From Blepharisma stoltei ATCC 30299 (taxonomy: Eukaryota; Protista; Ciliophora), in NCBI GenBank assembly GCA_965603825.1, contig CBFDEM010000010.1, positions 532,158-596,157 on the forward strand: a stretch of DNA of 64,000 nucleotides, in the 5' to 3' direction. This document shows, one piece after another, positions 1 to 13,110 of the stretch. The notes beneath the pieces are model-generated. The model was not told where the DNA came from and searched no databases. It saw nothing but the letters and a program-made list of their open reading frames with translations. Position 1 is the first letter of the stretch. Every line of letters begins with the position of its first letter. The translations under genes were made by a program, and so were the position numbers.

Positions 1-777
1 CTCAGCTGTCCAAAATTGTTCTTCGACAATTGCTATCACATATAAAAAATTCTTATCAGTTGTAAAACCCAGATATTTTCCATCTGGGCTGAAAGCACTA
101 GAATTCAAGAGCTCACCTATAATGAATTTTAAGTCCAGATGCTTTAGATGTCATTTGACACGTCTTTCTTCTCTAGGTTCTCTTGCTATCCTGCATGATC
201 TACATCATCATAAAAACTTGTAGCGAGTAGTGGAGCTGTTAGAGATATTTTATTATGAAATTGTATAAATCCATAACTTCTACCTATAATAATTATTATC
301 TAATTATTGGCTATTTCTATGATTGCTTATTATATAAAGTTCAACAGGAATTTAAAATAAACAAATTGAATTAGTGGAACTTGTGCTACATCAAAAATTA
401 AATTTAACCTTTGTAGCTAATATAGAAGGTAGCTTTCTGGAGTCGAAATTTTGAGAAGGTTTCGGCTTTGAGATAAATGTCTCTCATATAAGGCCAAAAA
501 AAATTATCACTAATTCTTAGAAGCTTCAAGTCTATAAATTTTTGGAAGTCTCGACTGTAATTTTCTTTAATGGTGATGTCTGGAATAAAAGAGGTTGGAT
601 TAAAAGACTTCAATGAAGCTGCCATTCAAATTGTTTTCACAATGACAGGGTCATCTTCAAAATTTTCAATGCTTGAGCCTAGACAGTCATTTTTCTCAAA
701 CTCCAGTAATTTGTTTGTGCAGCTATTTATCCAAAAATGCTTTGCTTTCAATTTTTCACATGTCATTAAAGCTAAGC
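1..777 (-). repeat. Inverted segmental duplicate of 57563-58341 (part of a decayed WD40-like gene)
   Basis: Bases 1-140 are the near-exact reverse complement of ~58203-58341 (ctcagctgtccaaaattgttcttcgacaattgc vs gcaattgtcgaagaacaattttggacagctgag). Similarity continues to ~777/57563. Confidence 0.9.
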
Positions 778-966
778 TCTGTTAAGAAAGAGAAGAGAAT
801 ATTGCATCCCTTTATGATGGTAGTCACATTAGACGCTGCCAGTTTAACTTGAAAGAAAAATCATTATCTTCACTGCCTTATTAAGAGGCTTAAAAAACTT
901 ATTTAATGCTCTTGTGTTAACTATATAGCAGATATTTATAAAATTTAGCTTTCATTATAATAATTA

Positions 967-2369
967 ATGGAGCTTATGCATTGCTTCGAGCCAGGGTGCA
1001 AGAATGAGGCTGAATACTCGTGCCCATGCACCTCTCCTGAAACTCTATTCTGTGAACTGCATCGGTTAAAGCATATGAAAATCCCTAACAGAGCTCATGC
1101 TTGCAACTCGATTTTTGTAGAGCCATGCCAAGGGACAAAAGAAGAAATTCTTAAGTTTCTTACAAGAGAAAACTCAAAAAATAGCAAGCTAAGGGGAAAG
1201 ATCCTAGCATCCTTTAGCAAGCGCTTACTTGAATCAGAAAATGATATTGAAGAACTCTTAAAAAATCTTGGATTCAGGCTCAGCTGAAATAAGCAATTAT
1301 TTTACAAAAATTTCTCAAGCTCAAAAATTATTAAAATCAGAGCAAGACCCGATTTTAGGACTATTGAGTTTACAACCTGATGAAGCTATTGAGAAACTAA
1401 AAAAGATTATTCCAGCCAATCAAGAATGGTCCAAAAGTGCAAAGCTATTTTGTGTGCTCAGTGAAAAAATTGAAAAAATGATTGAGTGTTTTATTGGGGA
1501 TAAATTTGAAGCTTATTTAGATAAAAGACTGTCTAATATAGAAAACAGTCTTCAAGAGCACATTAAATCAGCCAATGAAGAGCATAAAAATATCATTGAT
1601 TCAACGAATGATCAGCTAGCAAACATCAAAGACTCTATTTCTAAGCTGATAAATGAGAATAAAAAAACGAGAGAGACCTCAAAGACTGGAAAGAAGAAAT
1701 AATGCTATAAAACAAAAAACGAAATAGACCTGCTAGATTCTCAAATCAATTACACTAAATCAAGATCTCTATCAAAAATTAATTGAAGTTTCAGATAAAA
1801 CCTCAAATGCTTCAAGAGCTAAGAGAGAAGAGATCTGAAATTTTAAATAGACCAAATGACCCAGAATTAGAGCAAGACTTTAGGAGAACCTGCTCAAGCT
1901 ACAGTAGCAGATGTCTGTGCTTGATGATCCAACTCTTCAGCAAGCTTATCAAGATTATACTAATGCTTATCGCCAAAAAACATCTCTTTATACAATTATA
2001 AAGGATTAATGACAGAACTAATTTGATTATTTACGATACAGAAAATGATAGTAAAGAAGTCAGGATAGTAGAGACTCCTAAAGCACTAAATTCTAGCACT
2101 TGTATTGCTCAGCTTCCTAATGGTAATTTATTTTGCTTTGGTAATAGACCCATTTCTGGGATTTCATTGTAATTGAATGTGAAAATGGATCAATCTATGA
2201 AAGCGAATTGTCAAATGACACTGCCTGGAGATGAATTGGAGACTCAATAATAAATGATGATTTTGCTCAAGTTTATTTGTCATATAATAAAGGATGAATA
2301 AACATTGCACTTGATGCTAGTTACTTCAAGTTTAATTTAGAGGCAAAAATATTAATCGAGCTGAATTAA
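967..2369 (+). pseudogene. Zn-finger/coiled-coil/Kelch-like propeller gene, frameshifted and internally deleted
   Basis: N-terminal CFEPGC..CPC..CELH..KH motif, then coiled coil, then propeller (CIAQLPNGNLFCFG, IECENGSIYESE). Several frameshifts between 1265 and 2010. It lacks 354 nt present in the paralog at 60118-60472. Confidence 0.75.
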
Positions 2370-2821
2370 AATAATTTCCTAATAAATAGGTCTCATTTAA
2401 TAATCTTTTTAAAATTTTTTATTATTTAATCTATTATGCAAGTTGACACGTGCTGCCATTTTAATGTATTCTTAAAGGGGGAGAGTTTTAATTCTAATAA
2501 ACGAAATCAACAGTTATTTTTATTACTGCTTATTAGGATAAGTACTTAAATTTCTAAGATCTCAGCATTATTTATTTTATGCTCACAATTGTACACAAAT
2601 GTAGGAGGATCTTACATGTATTTATTAATTAATTTTGCTAGCCATTACTCTCAAATATTATTATAAACTCGCTATAATTCATTAATGATATATTCAAAAA
2701 TTATGAGGTGTGTCTAAAAAGTAATATATTAAACGTCTTTGCATGCCCAATAAAATATTTTATATTTAAATAATAAAATTTAAGTCAAGAAAACTAGGCT
2801 TAGTATTTTAAAATAATTAAT

Positions 2822-4065
2822 TTAGCCATTATATCAAAATGAATGGTGGTCCATTAGTGATTTTTCAAAGATTTTTGCCTCTTTCAGCTTCTTTTCTTTT
2901 AAATCAAATGAATAAGCACATTGATAAGTTGCAATGTAAATTATTTCTTTATAGCAAATGGGGTATCCACAAACAACTGCATAATCTTTAATTAATGAGC
3001 ATTCTCCAATATTATTTCAAGTCATTAAATCATCGTCACTCTCATATATAAATTTGGAAAATTCAAATAAAAATACCTTTTCACCTACAGCAAAAAATTG
3101 TTTATGAACTTTAGGTGATAACTTTATTGGTAAAATTTCTGAATAAGAGTCTGTAATAGTATCATAAAAGATAGGATTCTCACTAGAAGATGCTATTAAA
3201 ATTTTGGTTTTGAATAAAGTGCAAAAGGCTCGATTCTCAATAGAAAAAGAATATTTGCTAAGTGAAAACCATCTATTTTTATCCATGTCGAATTTTACTG
3301 CAACTTCATGAGATCCTCCAAAAATATATATTTTTCCATCAAAATAAATTGCTCCTGCATGGTAGCATATAGCATAAGGTGTAATATTTCTTGAATTTCC
3401 CAATGGGTCAATAATTATTCAAGTATCATTTCAAGCATAAAACAAGCTACCATGTGGAATTAAGCATCCAAATCCATCACAGTTAAGCTCTTTATTGTAA
3501 TTATAACTAAATTTCTTTATATTTAAGGTTTCCGCATCAAAAATAGCGAATTTGTTTGGAAATCCTCTACATACAAATTTAATTACTCGAGTAATGGGAG
3601 AATAGCGCTCACAGTAATCGAAACTGTTTTCCAATGGTTCTAATTTAAATAATTCAGCTATTTTATGTTCCTTAATACTGTTTATCTCAAATTTTGGAGA
3701 CCTGATTTTTTCAGTCACCATTTTGCAGCCAGACAGCACTGTTTCGAGAAAAGAGAGTGGCTTTGAATTATCAATTTCTCTTAAAGTGCAAATTTCTGAA
3801 ATAATTTCGTTGATTTTTTGTTCATAAATTTTGAGCTTTTCCAAAGTATTTTCAGATGCTTTATGGATTTGCTGGACAAGAGAGCGTTCTTCATTGATTA
3901 TTCTTATTTTGTCAGCTTTTATATCTGATTTTATTTTAGAATATAGCTGAATAGCAGATAAATTGTTTCTTGCTTGATTTCTGAAGAATTATTTTGAGCT
4001 TTTGTCAGTTGAGAATAATCAGATATATGGTTCTTAAATAAAAGAATAGGATTTGCTTCAGACAT
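2822..4065 (-). CDS. Coiled-coil/Kelch-like propeller protein with a degenerate Zn finger; one frameshift near 3960
   Basis: ORFs 3431-3844 and 3017-3403 join through TGA=Trp and end at TAA 2822. Kelch motif AIYFDGKIYIFGG..KFD..NRW. Homologous to the 8679 family. Confidence 0.75.
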
Positions 4066-4499
4066 GCCAAAAAAGATTAAATATTAACATGTCTTTGATT
4101 AAGCTTAGATGAAAATGCAGATTACTAGAAATAATAAAGTTTTATTCTTACAATCCCCAAATGAAAACAAAATTCTTTCCTTATGAATAAATTTACTTGC
4201 AAAAGATATTTCGCTTAAATCTAGCAGAAAATTTAAAAACACTTCCTTTCAGAATTAGCACGCTATATTGCTTTCTCCTTCTGCATCACAAAAGTATTGA
4301 AACTTATATTTCGACAAAAATAGAAGAGAAAATATGTCTCACAAATAATGAACAGGCAATTTAATGATTTTAAATATAAACACTATTCTTTAAATGGCAT
4401 AGGTTAGAAATTAAATTAAGCAAGAATGATGTCAATTAGTTATTTCTAATAACTAAGATTTTAACTAAAATAATAATTTTAGTGCCAAAATTTGGTCTT

Positions 4500-4835
4500 C
4501 TAAAACTCGTTAGGAAATTTTTAAAGGTTTTTGATTTGTCTACTTTATTTTCTTTTAAGTTAAATGAATAAGCAAAATGTGAAGTCTTGATAAAGCGCGG
4601 GATAGCCAAGCATAGTTTCATGATCTGATATTATTCTGCAGTGTCCAAATTTATTTCACGCTATTAAGCTATCATCACTTTTATATATAAATTGCGAAAA
4701 TTCTATTAAAAATACTTTTTCGCTTTTAACGCAAAACAATTTAGATGTGTCAGAACATAGCTGTATTGATAAAGGAGTAGCACTTAAGGACGCTATTAAA
4801 ATTTTGCTCTTAAATAGACAACATATGTGCGATTC
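4500..4835 (-). pseudogene. Decayed 3' fragment of a Kelch-like propeller gene
   Basis: Remnants KSKILIAS, EKVFLIEFSQFIYKSDD and AYSFNLKENK match the 2822-4065 C-terminus, with stops and frameshifts. Confidence 0.6.
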
Positions 4836-4926
4836 CCAATAGAATTTCTAAGCTTATAAAAATTGCACATTAGAAAATTAAGATTATGAGAAAATTAAGG
4901 GTATTTCACATAAATAAAAACTTATA

Positions 4927-5602
4927 TTATGTGCTTCTACTAATAATTGCATTTGAAAGTCATTCTAACCCTTCATTAAGCCCATCTCCAGTAATTGCAC
5001 AAGTACTTTGAATATACCAATTTTTGCCTCTAATCGGATATAGATCTAACTTATCAATTAACTCTGAGACTCCTAACGCCCCGGGCAAATCATTTTTGTT
5101 GCTGACTCTTCACTCTTTTCTTATTGGGATTTGCAATTTATACATCTCCAATTTTTATGAGTTTTTCTTATAAAATTTATAGTTTTTAATAATTTTTTAT
5201 TTACATTGCAATCTGGGAGGATAAGAATAAGGATGTTGAGTTTCTAAGGCTACTATTATTCGCTGCTTTATGTAGTTCGTCTTTAGCTTCTTCGATTCTT
5301 TCCATGTCACTCGAATTTAAAACAAAAATAATAGCATCGGTGTCGTCATAATAATAATAATAATGATACCACAGAACTCTGCTTTTCTCTTCTCCTCCTA
5401 TATCTCACACTAAAAATTGTATATTTTTATATCTAAGATTTTCCTCATTGGGCCCATTTGTTGAGACTAATACTAAAGTTTCTCCAATCTTTAATTTATA
5501 AAAAATCGTTGTTTTCCCTGCGCCATCAAGCCCAATCATAACTATACGTAAATCTTCGTGCCTGGTAAATCTACTCCAAAGATGCGATACTGAAGTTTCC
5601 AT
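4927..5602 (-). pseudogene. ADP-ribosylation factor (Arf)-like GTPase interrupted by a 118-bp insertion
   Basis: GLDGAGKTT P-loop, V(W=TGA)DIGG, NKNDLP and WYIQSTCAITGDGLNEGLE(W=TGA)L. The insert at 5104-5221 introduces a stop, and switch I is degenerate. Confidence 0.85.
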
Positions 5603-6002
5603 AATGAATATTATACCTTGTAAGATAATTTTCTAAAAACGCATCATATTATAATTATCATCCTTCATATTGGGTCAATTTTTCCATTCCTTAGCATCAT
5701 TAGATAATTCTTTTTCTAAAATTTTTAATAAATTCAGTAATTTTCATGCACTTTTTGCATTTAAGTATCTCATTGTTTTGACAGATATGAATTATTCCTT
5801 TTAGTTCAAGCATCAAAGTCATGCAGCCTATTGAGTTTTCACTATTAAAATTCAATTTATTTTATTTAAAACAAATTATAACTTATATAATTTCACACAA
5901 TCGCAAATATTTATTGGGCTATTTTATTAAGCAATACTTCTCAGACATTTCGCTTTAGTGTTCTCATAAAATTAAATGATCTTCATTATTTTTAATTTTT
6001 AA

Positions 6003-7688
6003 ATGGCTTCTAAAATGATCATAGATCGTCATAAAAATACAAAAGAGGCACTTCTTGAATTTCTTATTGATGAAAAATCCAGACAAGAAAAATCAAAATC
6101 AATACTACTTAAAATTTTCAAAGAAAATCAACACTCTTCTAAAAGCAGCCTTAAAGAATTATTAAATAAATTGAATTCCAACATTTTAGTGCTGGATTAT
6201 TATTTTACTAAGATTTTTGAAGACCAAAAAATAGTAAAATTAGAGGATGGCTCAGAATTGAACTTTTTAAGCTTAGACCCTCAAGAAGCTACAGAGATAA
6301 TGAAGACGAAGGTTCTTGCAAATTCTTATGGCGATATTGAGATATTTTGTGGCTTAGACGTGGAAATAGAGAAAATTATTGGGAACTTTGTAGAAAATAA
6401 ACTTTTAGATTTAAAAACTTCGATAAAGGAGGAGCTTAGAAATGATTTTGAAAATGAAAAGAAAAAAGCTGATGAAGAGATTGCCAATCTGAATAAAGAA
6501 ATAGGCAAACAAACTGAGCTTATAAATGAACTATATACAAAAATTAATAGTCTTCCTATGACTCATCAAAATAAAAAATCATATAATTGGCCATGATACT
6601 TTACAGTCAGCATTTTGCTTCTCCTTGTTTTGGTTTGCTTTAGTCCATTTAAAAATACAAATCCTACTTTAGTAGGCATAAAAACCAATTTTAGTAGTTC
6701 TTCAAGCAACTCTGGCAGCCTATCACAAGATCTAACTAGCCCTTCAGCAAAAACTGACTCTTTAAATGTTTCAGGTACTCCAGGAATTTATGATACTTCA
6801 ACAAAAGCTGATTCTTCAAGTATTTCAGATCAATCAGATGGTCGCTCAAATAACCACATTGATGATCTGAGTAATGCTCCTGCAAAATCAGCTGATGACT
6901 CAGAAAATCTTCCTTATAGCTCTGTAATTGAAACTAATGAATTGATAATTTGCTCTCAAAGATCTAGACAAATATATTCAGTTGACGTAAAGACCTTTAA
7001 AGCGATTAGTTTGAGCTTAGGCCCATGCTATGGGCTATATAGCAATGTATTTATCCCTACTACTAATTCAACTTTATTTTATGGCGAGTTCATGCATAAA
7101 AATTTAGATATAAATGCATTTATTCTTGACGCAGAAAAGAAAATAACGAAACTTATTTGGGCGCAAGAAAAATTGTTTCCTAGCTTGGCTTATTATGAAA
7201 ATTATGTATATGCATTTGGTAACTCAGTATCAGCGAAATACAACTGCTTACAAAATAAATGGGAAAATCTCGCTCATCTTGGACTTGACCTTTATGGTCG
7301 CCAAAGCTCTTCTGTTGGATTTAAAGGACATATTTTGATAGTTGAGCGCACTCTTTCATCACTTATAAGCTATGATATTGAACAAAATAGCTTTCAAAAA
7401 GTTGCAGGCTTATCTTTAGATTGGAGAGCAAATAAAATTATATTTTCAGCAGATAATAGAGTCTATATAATTGAATTTCCTGGGCGCATTCATCAAAGTG
7501 CGATAAATGATTTTACGGAATGGGAAATCATAGCTACTAGAACAATGGATTGCAGTGGAGAGTTATGGTCTTATGTTATAAGATTTAATGAGAAATTTTA
7601 TTTCGAATGCATAAGCAGCTATAACTCAATACTTGTAGAATTTGATCTGAAGGAAAACAAGCTGAAGACAATATCTATAAATATTTAA
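6003..7688 (+). CDS. Coiled-coil / transmembrane / Ser-rich stalk / Kelch-like propeller protein, 561 aa
   Basis: The two track ORFs are in frame across TGA 6594. Hydrophobic segment WPWYFTVSILLLLVLVCFSPF. Propeller motif LAYYENYVYAFG..KY..NKW. The N-terminus resembles the 967 gene coiled coil. Confidence 0.85.
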
Positions 7689-7789
7689 TTTATATATTCA
7701 AGTCTATACCTATCAATTGCAAATCACTATAGAATCATCTGTTAAAGCATCTATAATGTAGTGCTATGCCATACTTCCTTTGTATAATA

Positions 7790-8090
7790 ATCCTTATTAA
7801 TAGAAGCTTTCGAAGATTTTGCAGGCTTCAATAAGCTTTTCTTCAGCTTCTTAATCCTTAATCTTCCTAGCCATAAGGTTTAAGAATTTAGGGAAGTCAA
7901 TGGTCGCATTTGCATTAGGATCAACACTGTTGACCATGTCTCGAAGTTCAGCCTTAGTTGGGCTTTTTCAAATAGATTTCATAGCAGTGCCAAGCTCTCT
8001 TCATGTGATTCCCCCATCACCGTCTCTGCCGAAAAAAGAGAAAGCTTCCTTGAATTCTACAATCTACCCTTCGGTTAGTTGTTCTTCCAT
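7790..8090 (-). pseudogene. Calmodulin pseudogene
   Basis: [69 protein letters not shown], with TAG/TAA stops and frameshifts. Confidence 0.9.
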
Positions 8091-8678
8091 TTTATCATTA
8101 TTATAAAAACTAATATAAAATTGTGTTAAATTTATAATTTTAGAGACAAATTAAGCAGAGTTAGGAATGATTATTGATTATTTGCATATTTTTATATATA
8201 GCTTTAATACTAAATCTTTATATTATTAATAAAATTATATTTGTCCATCAACATAAACTCTTCCTCTCCTAAACTTATCTATATAATGAGAATCTCACCA
8301 TTCTAGTATATTTAAAATTATTTTTATCAAATTAATGAAGCATAAATTTTTGAACACAAAAATTCACTTCCTCTTCGTAAAATTTGTAAAATCCCATACA
8401 TGTTTAACAAAAAGCATGATTATAAAGAAAAATTTCTATTAATCTAATTCTTCTCTCACAATTGTTACAAATATGCCATATTTCATGATGAAAATCTTTA
8501 AAATATATAACGTTAGGGATTTTGGTAATAGATAATGATCTATTCTGAGCCATAAAAGTCCTAAAGTTTGGATCCAGCTTATGATAGCTTAAGTTTAGAT
8601 ATAATTATCAAATCATTAATAGTAAAATAATACTCTAAGTGAAAAATATAATGAAAAATCGAATTTTTTATATTAATT

Positions 8679-9971
8679 ATGTGCACTAGACTCTGCTCTT
8701 TCGAAAAATGCTCTAGTAATCCTGCAGTCGTATGCAATTGTGAAGCAATTCCTGTATTAATTTGCCAAGAGCACATTAAAAATCATTCCCAGCTTCAAAG
8801 ATCTCATACTTATACCAAAGTTTTTTCTGAAATTCGAGAAGAAGCAAGGAAATCTGCAATTAAATTATTTTCAAAAATCAAGCCAGAACTAATAAAACTT
8901 AAATCAAATATCATACAAGAAGAGCTATCAATGATTAAAGAAATCAACAAAATCTCCAAAAATGCTTTAGAAAAGCTAAAAACTTGTGAAGAAAACTTAA
9001 ATCAAATTATATTAGAAATCAGCAGCTTAAGATTTATTGATAACTCAAAATCATCGACTTTTGTAGAATCATTACTCAAAATGCAACAACAAGATATTGA
9101 AAAAATCAAAAAAATTAGAGGGCCTAAGCTTAGCATAAATAGCATTGATTCTAATTTTTTTTCTAAAATTTTCAAACTTGAGACCTCATCAGAATGTTTC
9201 GATTATCGGCAAAATTGTTGTGATAATTCCAGAGTAATTAAATTTGTATGAGGAAATTTCCAAAATATTATTGGTACTTTTGACGCCGAAACTGTAAAAG
9301 TTTATCAACATAAGCATGCATGAGATTATCATTTTGATGCATATGGGATAAAGTGTTTGCTGCCCGATGGTAACATCTTTTATGCTAAATATAGAAATCT
9401 GATCATAATTGACTCATTCGGTAATATAAAACCAATATCTCCTTATAAAATTAAGTCAATATTCTCAGCCATTTATGTTGGTGGATGCATTTTTGCGTGC
9501 TGTTCTGGTTCTCAAAGCTGGGCAAAATACATTATTCAAAGAAATGAATGAAACTTTTTAACTCCTCTTCCTCAGAGTCAAAGTATTTTTACTGATTGCG
9601 CTTTGTTTCAAAATTATATTTTATTCGGATCAAATAGCGAATCAAAAATTATTTACTACGATATGCTAATAGACTCTTTTTCAGAAATATCATCATTAAA
9701 TTTAAAAACATTAGCAGCAAAGACTATTATTGCACAAGATCGAAGGGTATTTATCATAGAATTTTCGCAATTCATATATGAAAGCACTGATAATTTAATA
9801 ACATGAAATATTATAGGAGAATGTTCCGAACTAATGCCATTTTTTCCTGTAACAAGCTATCCAATCCTTTATAAAGAAAATATATATTTTTCAAGTATAT
9901 ATGGGATCTATGCATTTGATATAAAAGAAAAGGTTACCAAATCTGTGGTTTATTTTGATTTTTCTAATTAA
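8679..9971 (+). CDS. Zn-finger (B-box-like)/coiled-coil/Kelch-like propeller protein, copy 1, 430 aa, intact
   Basis: Continuous ORF with 4 TGA=Trp codons. C-x4-C-x7-CxC-x7-C-x2-H-x3-H motif, coiled coil, then propeller blades. Confidence 0.85.
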
Positions 9972-10079
9972 TTCTACTATCTTTAATTTATAAAATTATT
10001 TAATCAGCACGATAATATGATTTTTAGCTTACACTCTGCAAATATAATGAATGAGCCTATATTTTATTGAAATATATAG

Positions 10080-10565
10080 CATTTTTCAGCTTCTTTTTCT
10101 TTAAATTAAATATAAAATGCCTGATAAGTTTGTATAATAAACTTTTTCTTCATATAATTCTTTGCCATTTTTGTTCTACTTCAATTAAGGAAAGATTATT
10201 TTTATTAAAGAGTCTTTAGCTTTCATATGCTATATCGAATTATCCTTTTGGAATGCAGGAATTAAAATGACAGCGCATAATAATAAATTCGTAAACTCTT
10301 CATCTCAAAACTGAATCTCTAACATATAATTGCTCAAGGATTTTTGAGTCACCTAAATCTCCATTATTTTCATATAGATATTCTTCATTGCCAATTGCAT
10401 AATGATTTTCCCTACCAATAATAAATATAATTTATATTGCGCTTCTGATGGAATTGATAAATTTGAAAAAGAGTCTATATCAATATCATAGATATACACT
10501 TTATTTGTGACAAGGCTCCATAAAAATGCGTAATTCTTAAATAAAGGGCAGACCTGTGAAGACAC
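10080..10565 (-). pseudogene. Fragment of a second Kelch-like subfamily carrying a 128-bp insertion
   Basis: Matches 16797-17141 and ~22117-22462. Contains frameshifts and an insertion at 10153-10280. Confidence 0.75.
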
Positions 10566-10679
10566 GAGTTCTAAGATATTCTGCTATAAGCTTAATTTTA
10601 TGGATAATTATCAAATCATTAATAGTAAATCATCTCTAAGTGAAAAATATAATGAAAAATCGAATTTTTTATATTAATT

Positions 10680-11976
10680 ATGTGCAGTAGACTCTGCTCT
10701 TTCGAAAAATGCTCTAGTAATCCTGCAGTTGTATGCGATTGCGAAGCAATTCTGTATTAATTTGCGAAGAGCACATTAAAAATCATTCCCAGCTTCAAAG
10801 ATCCCATACTTATACCAAAGTTTTTTCTGAAATTCGAGAAGAAGCAAGGGAATCTGCAATTAAATTATTTCAAAAATCAAGCCAAAACTCAGAAATCTTA
10901 GATCAATTATCATACAAGAAGAGCTATCAATGATTAAAGAAATCAACAAAATCTCCAAAAATGCTTTAGAAAAGCTAAAAACTTGTGAAGAAAACTTAAA
11001 TCAAATTATATTAGAAATCAGCAGCTTAAGATTTATTGATAACTCAAAATCATCGACTTTTGTAGAATCATTACTCAAAATGAAACAACAAGATATTGAA
11101 AAAATCAAAAAAATTAGAGGTCCTAAGCTTAGCATAAATAGCATTGATTCTAATTTTTTTTCTAAGATTTTCAACCTTGAGCCCTCATCAGAATGTTTCG
11201 ATTATCGGCAAAATTATTATGATAATTCCAAAGTAATTAAATTTGTATGAAGAAATTGAAAAAATATTATTGGTACTTTTGATATCGAAACTTTACAAAT
11301 TTATCATTATAAGCATTCATGAAATCATTATCTTGATGCATATGGGATAAAATGTTTGCTACCTGATAGTAGCGTTTTTTGTTCTCAATATGAAAATTGC
11401 TTCATAATTGACTCATTAGGTAATATAAAATCAATATCTACTTATAAAAATAAGTCAATATTGTCTGCCATTTATGTTGGTGGATGCATTTTTGCATGCT
11501 GCAATGGTTTTAAAAGCTGAGCGAAATACATTATTCAAAGAAATGAATGAAGCGAATTAACTCCTCTTCCTCAAAGTCTTTTTACTGAAAGCGCTTTATT
11601 TCAAAATTATATTTTATTAGGGTCAAATAGCTCATCAAAAATTATTTACTACGATATGCTAATAGACTGTTTTTCAGAAATATCATTAAATTTAAAACAA
11701 TCAACAACAAAGACTATTGTTGTACAAGATCGAAGGATATTTATCATAGAATTTTCTCAATATATATATGAAAGCACTGATAATTTAATAACATGGAACA
11801 CTATAGGAGAATGCTCTGAACTAATAGCGCGTTTATCTAGAACAAGCTATCCCATCTTTTATAAAGAAAAAATATATTTTTTAACTGATCATGAGATCTA
11901 TGCATTTGATATAAACGAAAGGGTGACCAAATCTGTGGCTAAGATTGATTTTTCTCATAAATTCTTATATAATTAA
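10680..11976 (+). CDS. Zn-finger/coiled-coil/Kelch-like protein, copy 2 (5' frameshifts: pseudogene or assembly errors)
   Basis: Near-identical to copy 1 in the 5' half. Single-base deletions at ~10751 and ~10870-10910. The propeller half is open with TGA=Trp. Confidence 0.75.
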
Positions 11977-11984
11977 TGCATAAA

Positions 11985-13110
11985 ATTATTTAATCAGCAC
12001 GCATAATATGATTTTTAACTTACATTCTGCAAAGATAAATAGAATTTACCTTAAAACTACCTATTTAAACGAATTTTCGCAATATTTGCAACGAAGCGAA
12101 CACAGAATTCTTCACAAGGTTTATCAGTCTCGCAGTCAGGCTGCTGCGAAAGATCTAGTTTGGCATTTTCCTTGCTTTTAGGCTGCATTCTTTATTATCT
12201 AGCTTATGGATTTCTGTGCCACAGCAATGGCCGTGGGCATCTTGTGATTTCAAAAATTACTACTTTTGGCTTCAAGGTAAAAGACTGTTTTCTATCATCG
12301 ATGCGTAAATTACCGGCTTCTAAGCTAATTCAATACAACATTGCCACATATCTCAACTTCCTATTACAATAATATAGCAAAAACTCTTTGGCGCTTTTTT
12401 TAAGCTTTTTCGATTTTGAATTGTCGATCTGAGCTCGCATTAGGCTTAAGGTTTGGACTGTTTCGAGTTAAATATAATTATACCTACTTTTTTAAACTTG
12501 ATCTCATAAGATTTCCGTTAAATTTTCGCCCTAATAATGCCACTCAATAGCAGAATTAGGGGAAATCAGACCTCTTGCACAAATATTTAGCCAAGAGGCT
12601 CTTGCCTTTACCAGTTTTTATTTATCTAGTTGGATTATTTCTATCTTTTTACGGGATTTACAATAAACAAGCACACACCCAAGATTTCCTTTGGCTGGCA
12701 TAAAATCTAAGACTTATATATCCCTTAAAAATATCATTGGATTATTGTTGATTTAAATATCAAGTTTATTGCTTTTTTAAGGTTGATGTAAGATTATGTA
12801 ATTCGGTTTTTAGCAGGTCGAGGCTTAAAGAAAGAGGAGTTATCAGAAATCTTTGCAATTGAGGAAAATCCAGCAGCTGATAAATACTTAGGCACATATA
12901 AACATTGGCAAATTTATTTCGAATGAGTCAATTTTCAAGCAATTTGTGTGGTAAAACATTTTGTTTATTTTTTATGCCGCATAAAAGAATTTTCTTGGGA
13001 ATTTTCATTGATATCAGAGTAAGATAATTTGGATTTCTCATAAAAAAAATTAGTATAATTATCAGACATTTTTATCAATATTTATAAGCATTTAAACGAA
13101 AATTTAAACT
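11985..13110 (+). repeat. Duplicated downstream segment, paralogous to ~14925-16400
   Basis: Shared blocks include cataaaattatttaatcagcacgcataatatg, gcagtcaggctgctg and ggttgatg.aagattatgtaattcg. Confidence 0.8.

Noticed and set aside
5348-5365. (TAT)5 run giving HYYYYY in the Arf copy
   Set aside because: Ordinary microsatellite slippage in a decaying gene.
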